64,000 nt of DNA from Auanema rhodensis (taxonomy: Eukaryota; Animalia; Nematoda), in NCBI GenBank assembly GCA_964057225.1, contig OZ059900.1, positions 6,944,001 through 7,008,000 of the forward strand, written 5' to 3'. The notes below the pieces were generated by a model, which worked only from the letters and a program-made list of their open reading frames with translations, was not told the origin of the DNA and did no database searches. Positions 1-14,972 of this stretch are shown in pieces (position 1 is the first letter of the stretch; the number at the start of each line of letters is the position of its first letter). A program made the translations under genes and the position numbers.

Positions 1-1068
1 GTTTCAATCATTTCAACTTCATCGGCAATAACATGAGTTTCGAGATGATTCACAGATTTAAGTATTGGAGTCTCAGAACCTGGTGATTTAATGACAAAAT
101 CATCTTCGTTTTTGAATGGAAGGGTGAACTTAACTATCGGATGGCTGGCACGTTTATAATCCCAATCCATATCCTCGTCACCTTCGGGTTCACCATCGGA
201 TGGTGGAGTTAACGTTACATTTGGCAGTTCGTTGTTCTCTGATGTCATGGTTTCCATAAAGATTACGTCTTCGTCGTTGCTTTCGCTGTTACTATCAAAA
301 CAGGAATCAAGTTCGGATTCACGATCATTAGTATACAAGTCAATGCTGACAGTATCTTCCTCACGAATAAATTCCAAGTGACGAGCAAAACCAATATTAC
401 GGTGTTCTGTGTATGTACGATGATTCAATCGGCATCCGGATTCCAAGTTATGGCTTAAGACAGGTAAATCGGTGACAGTATTGCGCCGAAAATGGTAAAG
501 CGGGTCAATACACACAAAGGGAAACAAGCTTCTCAAGATGTACATCACAGCTAATATACAAGATACAACCCAAAGGACTCCTAAGAAAATTAAAAATTAC
601 TCAAGAAAGACACGTTTCAGCTTACGAATAATGCTTCCGATAATCAGTGTAATTTCTCCCATACTGGTGTCGACAAAACCATTCCAGCCGGGAACCTCAG
701 AAGTGTCGTTCATCTTAGTTGAAAAAGAGGAGCAGATGATCTAAAGAGTATAATTGAGAAAATGCTTGATTCGCATGCCCTATTGAGCTTCAATACGAAA
801 ATCGTTTATAAAAATCTCATTTTATAGCTCAATTAGATGAAATTTAACAAGAAAAAATATCTCTTCAACACTTATTTGATTTGTCTAAAAGCAATGAAGC
901 TAACGAAGAAGAATACTATTATAGTTTTCTAATAAATAAGAAATACATTTAAGCAGTTTAGAGTGTTTTGAGATACTCACCGACAACAAAATGAAGGTAA
1001 TTTGCACAAGATGCATCCTGACCGCACACCAAAATTAATGAGACACAAATGCCGAACGTTCAAAACTC
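1..1068 (-). CDS. Spliced gene truncated at the left window edge; one predicted TM helix followed by an acidic, disordered tail; function unknown
   Basis: Minus-strand exon 580->1 is open to the edge (VLWVVSCILAVMYILRSLFPFVCID...SDGEPEGDEDMDWDY...). Acceptor TTTTCTTAG lies just above 580. Further candidate exons at ~625-740 (GTAAG donor, TCTTTAG acceptor) and ~981-1068 (GTGAG donor). The start codon was not located. Confidence 0.6.
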
Positions 1069-2721
1069 TATAGTTTATGTAAGTAAGCATAAGAAACTAA
1101 TTGAAAATAGGAAAAAGGAGAAGTATGAAATGCTCTGTCAACTAAAGATTATTCATAATTTAGATGAAGAGCATGCTATTTTCAGATAAGCAAAGGGTAG
1201 TTGATTTATATTTCTCTCATTAACAAAATATTTCTTCAAATTTCGATGCAACTCAGGCATAATAGCATGTGTATACTTAGTTTACACGCATGATTTGAAA
1301 GTTGTTGTCATTTTGATTGAAATAATAAAAAAACCTAAAAAGAATTGAAACTGCGAAATCAAAGCAAAAGAAATGTAAACAATTTATAAAATGTGAAATT
1401 TTCTTTTTTTCAATAATATTTCGGCATAAGGCACAAACCCCAAAAATTAGAGATATACCGACAAATGATGGATAGCTGCTTAATAATCATTTTCTTCTTT
1501 TCCTCAAAAAAAATATTTATTTATGCCTTGTTAATAAACAATATGAAATAAAATAATGAATATTCCAATTTATAAATATTTACATCTGTCAATAATTAAT
1601 CTTTGCTTATTTCATTCATTATTTTCAAATATGTTAACAGAATTTAAAGAGAATAGATATTCATAGATTTATGAAAAATGATTATTAATTAATTATCACA
1701 ATATCTATAAGATATTAGAATAATTATATTATCTGGAGAAATAATATGATAACTATAATTTTAGATAACTATTATCTTAAATGAAATATTATATATTTAT
1801 TTCAGTTTTGACTTTTGTTTGAAGAATAAGTCAGTTTTCATAATTTTTTGTGATAAAAGAAGAATGTAACAATATTTTCAATTATATACGATTCATACAG
1901 AAAAAGAACAAAAAAATAGTTTTCGTTTTAAAAATTAAAATAAAATAATTATTGTCATGGGAAGGGCCACTAACTGCTTCACCATAAAGAGTAATCTATG
2001 CATTGTGTTCATGTTCCTCATGATGCGTCGCAAAAGAAAGAAGAAGATGAAGACGACTGAGAGATGGCAAGATGATAGAAAGTACTGAGAAATAGGCTAA
2101 TTGTAAAAGGAAAGGCTTTAAGCCTATATTCTTTCTTTTTTCATTCGAGTGAAAAAATTATGTCATAATGATTTCTTTCAGCAATATATTCTCAATATGT
2201 CTAACCTCTTAGTAGACTATGTATACAACAAGATCTCGTAATTGAAAAATAGCTAAAAGAAAAGTTAGAGGAAGTATATCAAGACTTCAAACGTATAAAT
2301 TGGAATTCCCATACACCATTTGTTCATATCGAAATATTTTTCTGTATTTTCAAGTTTATTGATTCAAACTATAATATTATAGATATGGCATATATGCAGT
2401 GCATATTACACACATATAAATAATATGAAAATGAAAAGATTGCATACATTTCATCATCTCATCCCTTCATATACACTAAAGTTAGACGTGATAGATTTCG
2501 TCAAGTAAACATATCTAGCAAGTCTTATTGTCGTATCACATTTCACTTGGTGGCATAATTTCTTTACATCCTAGCTTGATGCTCCAATTATCGAGATATT
2601 TGACATTCCCCGCCTACCACAACCAATTATCAGCTTATTTTAATTGCTGACGGAGTGTTGTGCTCTAATCCGTGAATTAATATTTTGTTGGTCTACAATC
2701 AGCCACTGTCTACAACCAACC

Positions 2722-3050
2722 ATGGCTGAATACGAGGATTCCCCATTTATAATCGGTCTAGCTGTATTCTTCCGCGTTTTCAGTAAGTTTTTTTTTAAAA
2801 TTACTTCTTATCATGTACAAAAAGCTGCAAAATGGATCAGTAACAAGATGAAAATCAACAACACGTGATTTCAGAATATGTTGTGACCGTTGGTCTCTCA
2901 CTTGGTTACATCATAGCTATCGCTCACTGTATCTACAGCTGTATCCAAGCTCGAAATCACATTGTTAATCGTGTTGCTCCCATAAATGTTCCTATGGGAA
3001 ACATTCCACAAGTACCACAGGCAACACAAGAATGTCCCGTAGTCTCTTGA
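2722..3050 (+). CDS. Small 78-aa membrane protein with two exons (2722-2782, 2875-3050)
   Basis: An intron GTAAG...ATTTCAG joins two ORF-track ORFs in frame: MAEYEDSPFIIGLAVFFRVFKYVVTVGLSLGYIIAIAHCIYSCIQARNH...PVVS. AATAAA follows at ~3153. Confidence 0.65.
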
Positions 3051-5219
3051 TTACGAGCTCTCAAATGAGAGTCAACTAATTAAACAAATTCATTCAATAA
3101 CAATGTATAATCAATTATATGTATATTGATGTTTGTAATACTATTTTTTACAAATAAATAATAAAATAATTAGCTATTTCTCAAATATTTCATCAAAAAA
3201 AGCATTATGTAATGTATGAAAGATAAATAAAATAAACAAAGTTGAAAACAAAAAGTATCTAAATTTCTCGAGATTCTCTGATCACGTTCACTCTATTGAA
3301 TGATACATTATAACAAGTTATGTTGTGTTATGTAAAGCATACTGTATTATCTGCTTTCTACCAGCATAAGAGCAAAGGGGATTTTTCTCTAAATGTAATC
3401 TCATATCACCATATTAGATTGTTGGTTCATGGTATTTTGATAGATGCATCATTTTCTACTAAACCTTCATTCCCTCATTTGTATATAAATTTAATATACA
3501 TACATATAAAATATATAATATAATATACGTTTATGTCTGCAACATCAGTTATGCATAATTTGGCTAACTATAAGAATCTATCAACACATAATTTGGATAT
3601 CGAAAAGTTAACTACTTCCTTTTACTTCATCATCTCATGTTCAATGCTTTCTTATTTCAGTAATGTGAGTATATGTTTGTAATTTGAGGACATCTAACAT
3701 CTTTCACTCATTATATCCTTTCTAATTACAATTTCGTATAAACTTTTATTCTCAAACTTATCATTTAAGTTATTTTACAGCAAGAGTGATCAGATTAATT
3801 TTTGGTCTCAAGATTAACCTATACTCTTGAAAATATTGAGAATATTTCCTGCTTTTTGCAACTTATGAAAACTAAGATTTCAATTACTCAACCCTATTAA
3901 AAACTTTCAATATTCTATACATTTTTGAAATCCCTACAATTCTTATTGTTCTGGTTACCCCGTAGTTAAGTCAATGTTCCGCCTATGCTCCGCCCCTTTT
4001 GCCATCAGTCAGTTAACTGCCACGAGATGATCACATCTTTTCTAATTCTGTCAGTATGGTTCCTTTCTCTGTTTTTGATTCTGATTCCCTTATTTGTTTT
4101 TTTTAACTTCCCCGAAACGATGACTTATTCATACAGCATCCTCTTTACAAAACATTTTTTACACTCCAACACTTAGAATCTGTCTTGGTAGGGCAATGTA
4201 ATAAATAATCATTACCATGTACCTATCCAGACAGATTTTTCGTGTTGTTTTTATTTTTGCCAGCTGCTTTACTTAGACAAGCAATTCAGGATATTTTGAA
4301 ACTGTATCGAGAGATAGTATGATTTACTATTCATCTTCGGATATTCATTTTTGGAGGATTCGAATTCTTAATAACCATTTATCAATCGAACATATCTCAC
4401 TTTTTGCATAAATAAAATGTTCTGAACATCTCAGACAGCCAATAATATATCAAATTTTATCGCAAGTGCTAGAGGAAATCATTGAATAAATTTATTTTAT
4501 TTCACCTATTCATTATACATGCCATTCCCAATTTCCTCCTCATCCTTCCGTTTTCCAAATATACGGCTTTTTAGGTCATTCTCCGCTTAGCACTGATATT
4601 CAGTAAGCTATCTCATTGTTTTGTCGAGACAGATCCTCCCAGCGAATTATAACCTGATCATAGAAGTCCAAACCAAACTTTTCATTTTTTTAGCTTAGAC
4701 GATATATCTGAGTTTCGGCATGAGCTGCATTTAGAGCTATCTCAAACCTTTGCTCAGTTAGATCCTCCAAGCTATCATGTTTTTTTTCTTTTTTTTTGTA
4801 TGATAGCTTGCAGGAATATTCTGTTTTAATGAAAAACACATGGAAATCTTCATGTGAGCGCTAATCGGATCTTCTGAGCGACTAATGATGAATGTAATAA
4901 GCTCAATAAGTCTTTCTTTAAGCACTACCTAAGAACGTCTCCAATTAATTGTTGTCTCTAATTAATAGCTTGGAGGAACATTCTTGAAATTTAGTGTATC
5001 TTGTGATCCACAAATCTTTTCATTATAATCATAACTATGGTAATTAACAACATTTACACAACTAAACAGACATATATAAGGTCACAAACCAAATGATATT
5101 CATTCATTTTAAAATTTTCTCTCTCATTCAGCCCATATTTTCGTGTCTTATTCTCTTACGATTACATAAATATACAAAAATCAAATTGTTTTATTTGTAA
5201 CAGAGAGCGATCAGAAAAA

Positions 5220-6900
5220 GAAAATAGATTAGAAGAGAAAGAGAAAGAGAGAGAGAGATAGAGAGAGAGAGAATGAGCAAGACAGACAGAAAAAAAAACA
5301 AAATATCAAAAACATTACAAAGAAAACGCATTCTCATTCACTTTTTGAAGTTTTCTGTCATCCAGCCTATCTTTTTTTTTTTTAAAAACGATATTTTTTC
5401 TTTATCATTTCTACAATCAACAATATTTCGTCATGTAAAGCCAAACGTTAATACCATTCTTGAATTATCTACTTTTATCCTTCACTCTCTTTATATCAAA
5501 TGAATATGAAAGAGCTGAGTCATTTTCAACTTCGCGACGTTTCCAATGCTGCCTTTTGTTTAAATTTCATGTGTGACTGTTTCTCAACTAACTTCTTTTT
5601 TAATTCATATTAGTTTCTTTTTTATCTCAAGAATTTTTCCTATATCATAAAAAGCGCCAAAAGTTCTCTGAAAGCATCCAATCTGTTTCGGTTTTTGCAC
5701 TTTTGAATGCAACAATGCGTTTTCATCTAACTACTACAAAATAACGCAATCTTCATCTCTCTCGCTTCTGATTTTTTTTCTTCCTCTTTGGTATATATCC
5801 TTTTCGTTTTTTTTAAATCTCTCACACTCTTATCTGTCACACCTTATTTGCATCTCTCTCTCTCTTTAACTCTCTCTCTCTTCTACTACCCTTTCTTCTT
5901 GTAGTCCGCTTCTCCCTTCGAGTGTCTCTTTTGCTTTCTATTATAAAGTCTTTTTTCTTTTCCTAATAGTTCTCTCTTCTTTTTTCAAATATTTCTCATA
6001 TTCTGAACTCTGTCTTAACGTTTCTGAATATATTCCTTCCTTCAACTCTTTCTCTTTTCTAACCCTCTTTCCCGTTCTAATCATTCTCTTTTTTTTTCTT
6101 TCTCTTTTTCTACTCACCTCTCTCTTCCTTCAACCTTTCTCTATATTTATTGAAATACCTCTTTCTTTTCTTATACATCGCTCTCTCTCTCTTTCTCTCT
6201 CTCTCTCTCACTCTCTCTCTCTCCAACTCTCTATCCAATTCTTCATCCAATTCTCTCTCTATCCCTTGCTTACTCTTTTTTCTCTTCTTATATTCATAAA
6301 AAATTATATATATATATAATTTTTTCTTATACCGTTTTTCACTTCCAATGCCGATTTCCTCTACCCCTCCTCTCTCTCTTTTTGTCTCTTTCTCTTTTTC
6401 GCTCTCTCATTTTTAATGTATTTCTTGCTTTTTTCTGATATATTTTCTCTTGTTATACTTTTTCCTATTTCACTCTGCCTCTTCTTTTTCTATATACTCA
6501 TTCTCATTTTCAATTTTTTTTTCTTCAATTGCCCCATATCCTTTCATGAAATTTCTTTTTTTGAGCTTATATGTATATTTTCTGATCACCCTCCCCTCTT
6601 TTTCATCGCACTTTCTCGTTCTAGTTCTCAAGGATATCGCTCAGAACCTATTTCTATATTTTTAATTTCTTTCCTTTTTTTTCAGAATTTAGTTAACATG
6701 CTTTCTATCTCAAAATCTATCATAATTCATTTTCGTTTTTCCTCTTTCTGTGCTCAGTCTCTCTTTCATATCTTTTAATTTAAAACCTTTTCTAATGAGT
6801 CTCTCTATATATTTTCGCTTTCTTTGATCCTCTGGCTTTTTAACTTTCTTTGTTCTTCTCTCTATTTCTCTAGCTAAACTTATTCACTCCCTCATATGAG
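5220..6900. repeat. (AG)n / (CT)n microsatellites and pyrimidine-rich low-complexity tract
   Basis: AG runs at ~5240-5272 and many CT runs from 5750 to 6900. Confidence 0.8.
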
Positions 6901-8083
6901 CAATCTTATAACCAAAAATGTATAATTCTCTTATCTAGCTATTATCCCCCAGCATCTTCAGCGCCTGTCTCGACTCTCTTAGCAATACTTCATATCTTCT
7001 AGCATTATCATCTAACCTAATTCTCTCAACAAGCCTGCATTCTTAAAAAATCTATCAAGATGCCCTTTTGCGCCAAATTATCTTTTATTCGTTGTATTTC
7101 CATTTTGCTCACCACATGTATACATGCCAAACTCTCTACCTTCTTCTTCCTCTTGTGCCATGTTTTCTCCGCACGAACACCATCTGCTTAATCTTCTCCT
7201 TTCGTTGTCTTTTTGGGTTTTTGGTATCCATGACATCATATTAACGATTTCTTATAATAAAATTACTATTGGTTTAATACACCACTTTAATACATTTATC
7301 AATTTGCCATTCGATTCTACCTTTTCACATTTTTCTTATTAAGCCGATACTTTTCAGCTTATATATCGAATGTCTAGTCAAAATCCTTCCATTTGTATGT
7401 TATTACCTCGATATTTCTCAACATATTTTCATTCATTAACTCTATAGTCTTTAACTATTATAACAAATACAGATATAGATAACTTTTTCAACTTTGGATA
7501 TTTGCAAAACCAGGACATCTTTTTCAAATATTTAATCGATCATTTTCATATAATAAACACCTAGACAACATTGTTTAATTCAATTGTCATTAACATCTTA
7601 TTTGTTTTGTAAAGCGATCTACTTATGTATTAAATATCTCGATATACCTTAAAAAACCTTCCTTCCACTAATCATGCGAATACTTTCAATTTAATATTTT
7701 CTTAATTATTACACCATCAATATCCAGAATATAGATGTTTTACTATTTCATATAATTATGAACTATCTTTCAACTTTTATAAGTCTAGTCCCCCTCTCTA
7801 CTTCAGAACAATTGGTTTCTACCAGAATATTCGTAATCCTTTTGGCAAAATCGGTTTCTAGGTAAAAAGAGGCTTGTGCCAGCTTATATTGGTTAATACT
7901 TTGCTACTCTTTATATTGATGCTCACTACGTCAGTTGTCTACCGACTACACATTACATTCACATATATTCTTTTCAATTAGTATTCTCTTGATAATTCAT
8001 ATTGAATTCTATAATATGAGCTTTTTTTTCTTTTTTTTCTCTCGTTATATAATGAAATTATCATTCGTTATTATATATTTTAG

Positions 8084-11000
8084 TGTATAATAGCTTCGTT
8101 CAAGAATCGTTAGCAGACAAACTTGAATATAAACCAGTCCAGTTAAAAAAGGAAAACGTGCAATATAATCGGCTTCAGCGTGATATAGAAGTAATCAAAA
8201 AACCTCTAACAGAGGAGGAAATAGCTTCTTCTGATACTTTGGCATTTGCCATACTTCATCAGAGAAGGAAGAAAGAGCAACAAAACCGAAAAGCCATACT
8301 AAATAGTATGAATTCACACCAGGCTTCAATTCAGGACTCTAAAGTTCAATCAGCAACACGTCATACCTCTAGATTATCGGAAGAACGAGAAGAACAACAC
8401 ACGGTATGTTTCAGTTGTAAAATACATAACATCCATTCATAACATGTAGACTGACGTAGTAAATCATCAAACCGACAGCAGCAAGAATGTCAATAAGGAA
8501 AAAAATCTTAACGTTCAACCTGAGGATTGTGCTTTGTCTGATAATAATTCTCAATTTGTAAAAAAAGCTGATATTCCTAAAAATCAAAGAAAAACCTTCC
8601 GTCGTGTAAGTAGAAAAGTTCATTCCTCCCTATTTAATTTGTTTCTTATAGACGTCAAGATATCAAGACTATGATAAAAAAGCTCGAAAGGTATTAACAT
8701 CTATAATGTAATCATGCATTGCATCATTTTTAGAATAATCGTTATATTACCGAAGATTATCATGAAGTTCTCCTTCGCCGTGCAGCACTTGCTTTAAGCT
8801 CTGATCGATCACGATCACCACTAAAGAAATATAACAGCCTGCTCTCCTCAGTATCATCTAGTGATGGAATAGAAGTTAGAATTTGTGAACTTTATTTTCT
8901 ATACGTTATTCTTACAGAGTGTTTATGATTATGTACCTACAAATAGCCCGCAACCAGATGACAGCTTTGTCGCTGATGACACAATGGAAATGGAAGATTC
9001 TTTAAAAGAACTTCAAGTAACTGATACCGAGGTTGAAGAAAATTTATCACACGATAGAAATACTTTTCAACAGGTTGGTGAAACATTTATGCGTATAAAA
9101 TCAATCTTTCTATATTCAGAAACATACTTTGCATAACGTGAGTTCACAAAGAAAAAGGAATAATGCTCTCCAATATCACAAAGAGAAGAATAGGTCATCG
9201 GTTCCTAGCGGGATTAGTGGAAAATCACTAGACAAAGAGCCTTTGGTGCATAGTCTTGCACAGAATCCCAACAACCATAAGGAATTGCTCTCTCAATTTC
9301 GAACACCAGAATATTACTTGGACGATCTTCAACAAGGAGGGTACGATAAGACTATTATATCGTTGTTTATGAAACATGCAAAAGAACTAGATCAAAGAAT
9401 GCGATCCACTTATTATAGAGTGATGAAGCAAGTGCCAAACACCATGCCAGAGAAAGAAACACAACCATTTGTCGACTCTCATGGAAATCAGCAGCTACAA
9501 GAACCAAACGTTTTACCAGTGCAAGAACAAAAGAAAGGAACGCCGCGATCAGTACGTTTGATTACCAATGGAAACCAACAATCGGGAAAATCAAGTTTTA
9601 TGTCGGACCAAGCAAGAAAGAAATCAACAGTTTTTGCTGCGCATAAAAATCCCAAAATAAATGACCCAAAACAAAAATCACAATTAACCTCACAGAATCC
9701 ATTACCTTGGTCAACCTGCCAAACAAAAAATGCAAGAAAATCAAACACTGTTCCAGAGATTAGAAAACTGTCTTCTATGGATCGCGAAACTCTTAAAAAT
9801 CAAGAATTAGAAAATTCAAGTCCCATATCAGAACAAGAAGACGAGTTTTATAGGTATTTGATCACGCATGGCAGCATACAGCCAACAAAATCAAACAGTA
9901 TGGCTATACGAGAAAAACGGTTTCGAGCGGATGTCGCAGTTTCTCAAAGCTCCCAGTCGAATGAATCAAGTACTACGATCGAACAAGAAGAAGAGCTTTT
10001 TATGTATTTAGCAACCCATGCCAGTTCACAGCAAAAAGAAACAAACACTACGCCAAAGCAAGACCAAAAATCAATGAATTTTGCTACTAAAGTGAGCTCA
10101 ACAATAACGGAATCCAACCGTTCGGAAGATCAAAAACACTTAGATTTGCCAATCCTTCGAAGCTCTCACACTGAAAAGCTGAAGGATAGGCCGAACCAAA
10201 ATCCGATTCGTACGAATTTGGTCAGCCACAGAAGCTTGCAATCATTTGGATCAAGTTGTTCACATAAACGAGGAAAAAAAGGAACGGATTCGGCAATTAC
10301 TCGAAGCACTCACTCAAACGTATCAGATGCTATTCAAAAAAAAGAACAGCTTGGGATAATTGTTCCCAAACGCAAAAATTTGCCATCAGCTAAAGCAAGC
10401 AATACAGAAAAGCAAGAACAAAAGAAAATTGGTTTAGATATTCCTCAAAACTGTCATTCAGACTTATCAAAGGATATGCCGACACCAGCGCATGTTTCAA
10501 TGAATTCTAATAACTACACTATGTCACAAAATACAACATTAAACACAGCGCTAAAACTCCATGGACAGAAGATTCTGGAATATTTTAAAAATCAAGTCTT
10601 TGATCCACAAATATCTATCACCAGCAAAACACAAGATCAAGTTATGGAAGGTTCGCCCACTCCCGGAATTCAACACCCTAAAGCAGCAAACAGTACGCCA
10701 CAACAAGAAAGACTATTGAGGGCGGAAGTGACAACACCTGGAAATTTACAAATTCAAAGATCAAACACTGTGTCAGAGGAAGAGCAGAACCAAATAAATT
10801 TTAATACTCTGAAACGTTCCTGCTCAGAAGAAATCAACGCTCTGCAAAAGTCTGAACAACTAGTTAAGAATTTATCCAGTGATGCAATCATACAACCCGG
10901 TTTGATTTCTAGACCAGGACAAGAGCAACATTTGCGAAGTTATTCTCCTCAAGGTATGTTGCAGCATAGAGCATTGGGCTCTATACCTAGCCTTGAGAGA

Positions 11001-14000
11001 CGGGTTCCAATAAATTTTACAACCCCTAGAAGAATACAGCCTACTGGACCAATTTCTATGTTAGGAGAAGAAGAGTTATATATCAACGAATCAAATGAAG
11101 GTATATCGCAACCAAGAGAATACAATGCTGTATCAAGGCTTGAAAGAGAATTTCCAACAAATACGGCACAAAATGCATACTTACAACCAGCAAGAGCAAT
11201 TCCTATGTCAGAACAAGAGCAGGCGCTAATCAACTTATCCGCTCAAGGTGTGCAACCTGGACCAAATACAATGTCAAGACTCGAGAGACAGCGCCTTATG
11301 GAGTTATTAGGATATGCAGCCTTGCAACAAGAGAGATCAAATACCAGATTTGCGCAAGAACAGCTTCTTATAAGGTTGTTATCGCCCGTTGAATCTAATC
11401 AAACAGCAGGCGAAGATCAGGCTCAGTTGAACTTAGCGAACACCACGAACTCTGAACGAGAGAAATCAACATTCAAGCCAGATCAACAACAACAGTTATG
11501 TATGTGTTTGAAACACTTTAAAAACTCAAAACCAGGAGTTTCAAGTTCTTTACCAATGCAAAATGAACAACCTAAAATTGGTTTGGATACATCTAGAGAG
11601 TTACCAGCAGCTGAATTAAACACAAGGTCAGGGCAAGAACACCTTCTAATGAATATGGTTCCAAACAGAGCTCAGCGATCAGATGAACTTAATACAGTAT
11701 CCCAACAGGAAAGACAACTTCAAATAAATTCTGCAAATCCTGAAAACTTACAACCTTTTAGATCACCTTCTATGCTATCACAAGAACAACTGCTTATGCG
11801 AACTTATGGTTATTTACAGCCTACACTATTAAACCCTATACCAAGGCTTGATGGACAATTTCCAATAAACATTGCTACTTCTGGAAGCTTACAACCATAC
11901 AGATCAATTCCAATGCCAGGATATGAAAATTTTCTTCTGAATTCAACAAATAATATGGCACTGGGAGGATCAAACACTCTGTCGCACTCAAACGCCCAAG
12001 GAGAGCTTCGAATGAATTTAGCAAATAACATACAGCAAACCAGATCAATTGCTACGTCAGGACAACAACCTTTTTTTCTGAATTTTCCCACCCATAATAC
12101 TTTGCAACCAGAACCACTAAATGCTGTTTCAAGATTTGAAGAGCAGTTTCGAATAAATATGTCAACCAATACATACTTACAACAATCAAGAGCAATCTCC
12201 ATGTCAGCACAACAGCAGGCGCTAATCAACTTATCCGCTCAAGGTGTGCAACATGGACCAAACACGATACCAATGCTCCAAGGGCAATTTCAAATGAATA
12301 TGGCACACAATGCATACTTACAACCAGCAAGAGCTATTCCTCAGCCAGGACAAGAGCAGGCACTAATCAACTTATCCGCTCAAGGTGTGCAACCTGGATT
12401 AAATACAATGTCAAGACTGGAAACGCAGTTTCAAATGAATATGGCTGCCACTGCATACCTACAACAAGCCAGAGCAATCTCTATGCCAGGACAACATCAG
12501 GCTCTTATCAACTTATCCGCTCAAGGTGTGCAACCCGGACAAAGCACGATGCCAATGCTCCAAGGGCAGTTTCAAATGAATACGGCACAAAATGCATACT
12601 TACAACCAGCAAGAGCTATTCCTATGCCAGGACAGGAGCAGGCACTAATCAACTTATCCGCTCAAGGTGTGCAACCTGGATCAAATACAATGTCAAGACT
12701 AGAAACGCAGTTTCGAATGAATATGGCAACCAATTCATACTTAGAATCAGCTAGAGTAATCCCTATGACAGGACAAGAACAGTTTTCTCAGAACTTGTCA
12801 CAACAAGGCATGCTCCAAACTAGAACTTCAAACACTATGGCAAAAAACGAAAAAGAGGTTCAAATAAATATGGCAACTTTTACAAACCTACAGTCAAATA
12901 GATTTTCACCTAAACGCGAGCAACAACAGTTTTTTCTGAATTCGACAGGCCGAGAAAATATACAGCTTGAAAGATCAGAAGATATGGAAGTGGAAGAAGA
13001 GCATCATAAAATGCATTTGGAAGACGTTGTAAGTACACAGGCAGAAGAACCCAACAAAAGTCCAGTGAAAAACCAGTTATTTCCGAATCAGCTAACTGTA
13101 GCAAATGTACAAACTGAACAACGAAAAACAATGCCAAGGCAAGAAAATCAACTTTTTCTGGAATTACCAAGAAATGGCCAAAAATGCCAACAGACAGAAT
13201 CGTCCAACAGAGTAGTTCATGAAGAAGAGCAACAAATAATGCCTACAACAACCGAAGAAAATATAGATTCGACTGTATCGAATGTGGTAGTGAAAGAAGA
13301 AGAACAAGATTCACCTCCTTTTTTTGGTGCTCGTGAGAGTCCTGATCCAGGAGGATCAAGATACATAACAAATAATGGAACCCAAGAAGCAAAACAAGTA
13401 GTTAAACATATAAAACCAGTAACACGTCTTGATCCCACAAGTTCAGCAGTTGAAGATACACCGCAAAATATTGAAAAAGAGAATCGGAAATCTCGGTTCA
13501 CAGAAAGACACGCAAAGCTTGTTAACAGTCTTTTATGTAGAACCATAGAAACTAGCCCAGAACCGGTGGTAATATTCCGAACTTTGCCGTTATTATGTAT
13601 ATCATTTAATTCGAGACAAATCCAAGTTCCGCCTCTGTATCCATATCGAGTTTCTGCTCATTTACACAAAATAAATGGTGTCCTATCAGGAATACCTGCA
13701 GTTCTCGGAATTCATCGTCCACGAATGATTAAAGATATAGATATTACAAATACGCCAAGTAATCCACCTAATTGTGATATGAATGCTTTAGTTAAAGAAA
13801 AAGTATTTCAAATACGGAACCCTCCAATAGAATTGGACACTCAGTCTCAACAAGAGAAAAAGCAATCGGAAGCATATCGTCATGAGCAAATCTGGCAAGA
13901 ATATTTGGATGAATGTACCAAAACTTGTGAAAAATCATCATTTACCCCTCGCGCTATTAAACGCTCAATGTGCATACCTTATAATCCGGAGTCTAATAAT

Positions 14001-14972
14001 ACCTCTCCGGATATTTGTTCAGAGCCTCATCACCCTTCAGCAGAACCAGAACAACGGGAACTTCATAGTGTTAAAAAGCAGAAGACATGCCATAGCGAAT
14101 CAAATGCAAATAGGATCGATACTCTATCTTTCAAGAAGCAACTTTCAAATCTCAAAAGTTATAGCACAATCAAATACACACTCAAACAAAATATACCTTT
14201 TCGTCTTCCTTTTAACATCAAATGTGAAAAATTAGAAACACAAAAGGAATTAAGACATACCAACTTTGCAGAAAAGGTGATAAGAGAAATATATTTTGCC
14301 GAACCTGAATATGGCACCTATATGGATTACACGCGAAATGATCCAGATGCAGAAAACGATTCAATTTATCAGAAGAATAAAGCAGAGAAACGGGCAGCTT
14401 TCACACGCACAGTTCAAAAAAGATACCAACCTTCATCCTTCAGTAAATACAATGAACCGATCGCAATGATGGAGCAGTATGATGAGAAGACAGCAAAACT
14501 TATTCCAACTCGACAACATAAATCACTAGAAGAATTTAGAGATAAGGAAGCAAAACGTATTGTCGTTGACATACACCGAGCCTTTTTTATCGAGCATTTG
14601 GATTATATTAAATGGTTGCATCAAGTAAGCCTTGTACCAAATACGTTTGTTCATCCAATCTATCAGCCTTTCTTTAACGTCAATTTCAAGTTCCGAACGG
14701 TTTTCCGAAGAAATAAAGAATTACCTGAAGAAAAACTCCGAATCGTAATCGGATACGATCATTCAATTAACAAAAAAATTGAAATCTTTTTCACGCCTGA
14801 TGGGAATGGCGCTTATGAAGAAGCACGTCAACCTAAAAATCTACTGTGCTTACAAAATGCATACGACAACCGGGTTGATCAAACCCCATCTCCGCTAATG
14901 TCAGACACTCTTTTGGATTCTGTTGAAATGCCTGCAGGTCTACGAGCAGAACTGAGAACCTATTTGAAGTAG
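8084..14972 (+). CDS. Large (~2,200 aa) largely disordered Q/N/S/M-rich protein with 47-aa internal repeats and a probably globular C-terminal region; function unknown
   Basis: In-frame GT-AG exons at ~8084-8403, 8450-8605, 8652-8690, 8734-8874 and 8918-9073, then a 5.85-kb terminal exon 9120-14972 (the 1947-aa ORF). The first exon and start codon are unresolved. Confidence 0.85.
12160..12760 (+). repeat. Coding tandem repeat with a 141-bp (47-aa) period: 4 copies, plus a dispersed copy at ~11160-11285
   Basis: ATCAACTTATCCGCTCAAGGTGTGCAAC recurs at ~12225, 12366, 12507, 12648 and ~11228 (peptide QALINLSAQGVQPG). Confidence 0.9.

Noticed and set aside
5273-7342. Hydrophobic F/L/S/I-rich ORFs (also 22420-24377, 37300-37621, 61246-62292)
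   Set aside because: These are translations of pyrimidine- or AT-rich non-coding DNA with no coherent exon structure or motifs.
9488-14235. Antisense and alternate-frame ORFs inside the 1947-aa exon
   Set aside because: They are shadow ORFs of a long repetitive coding exon.
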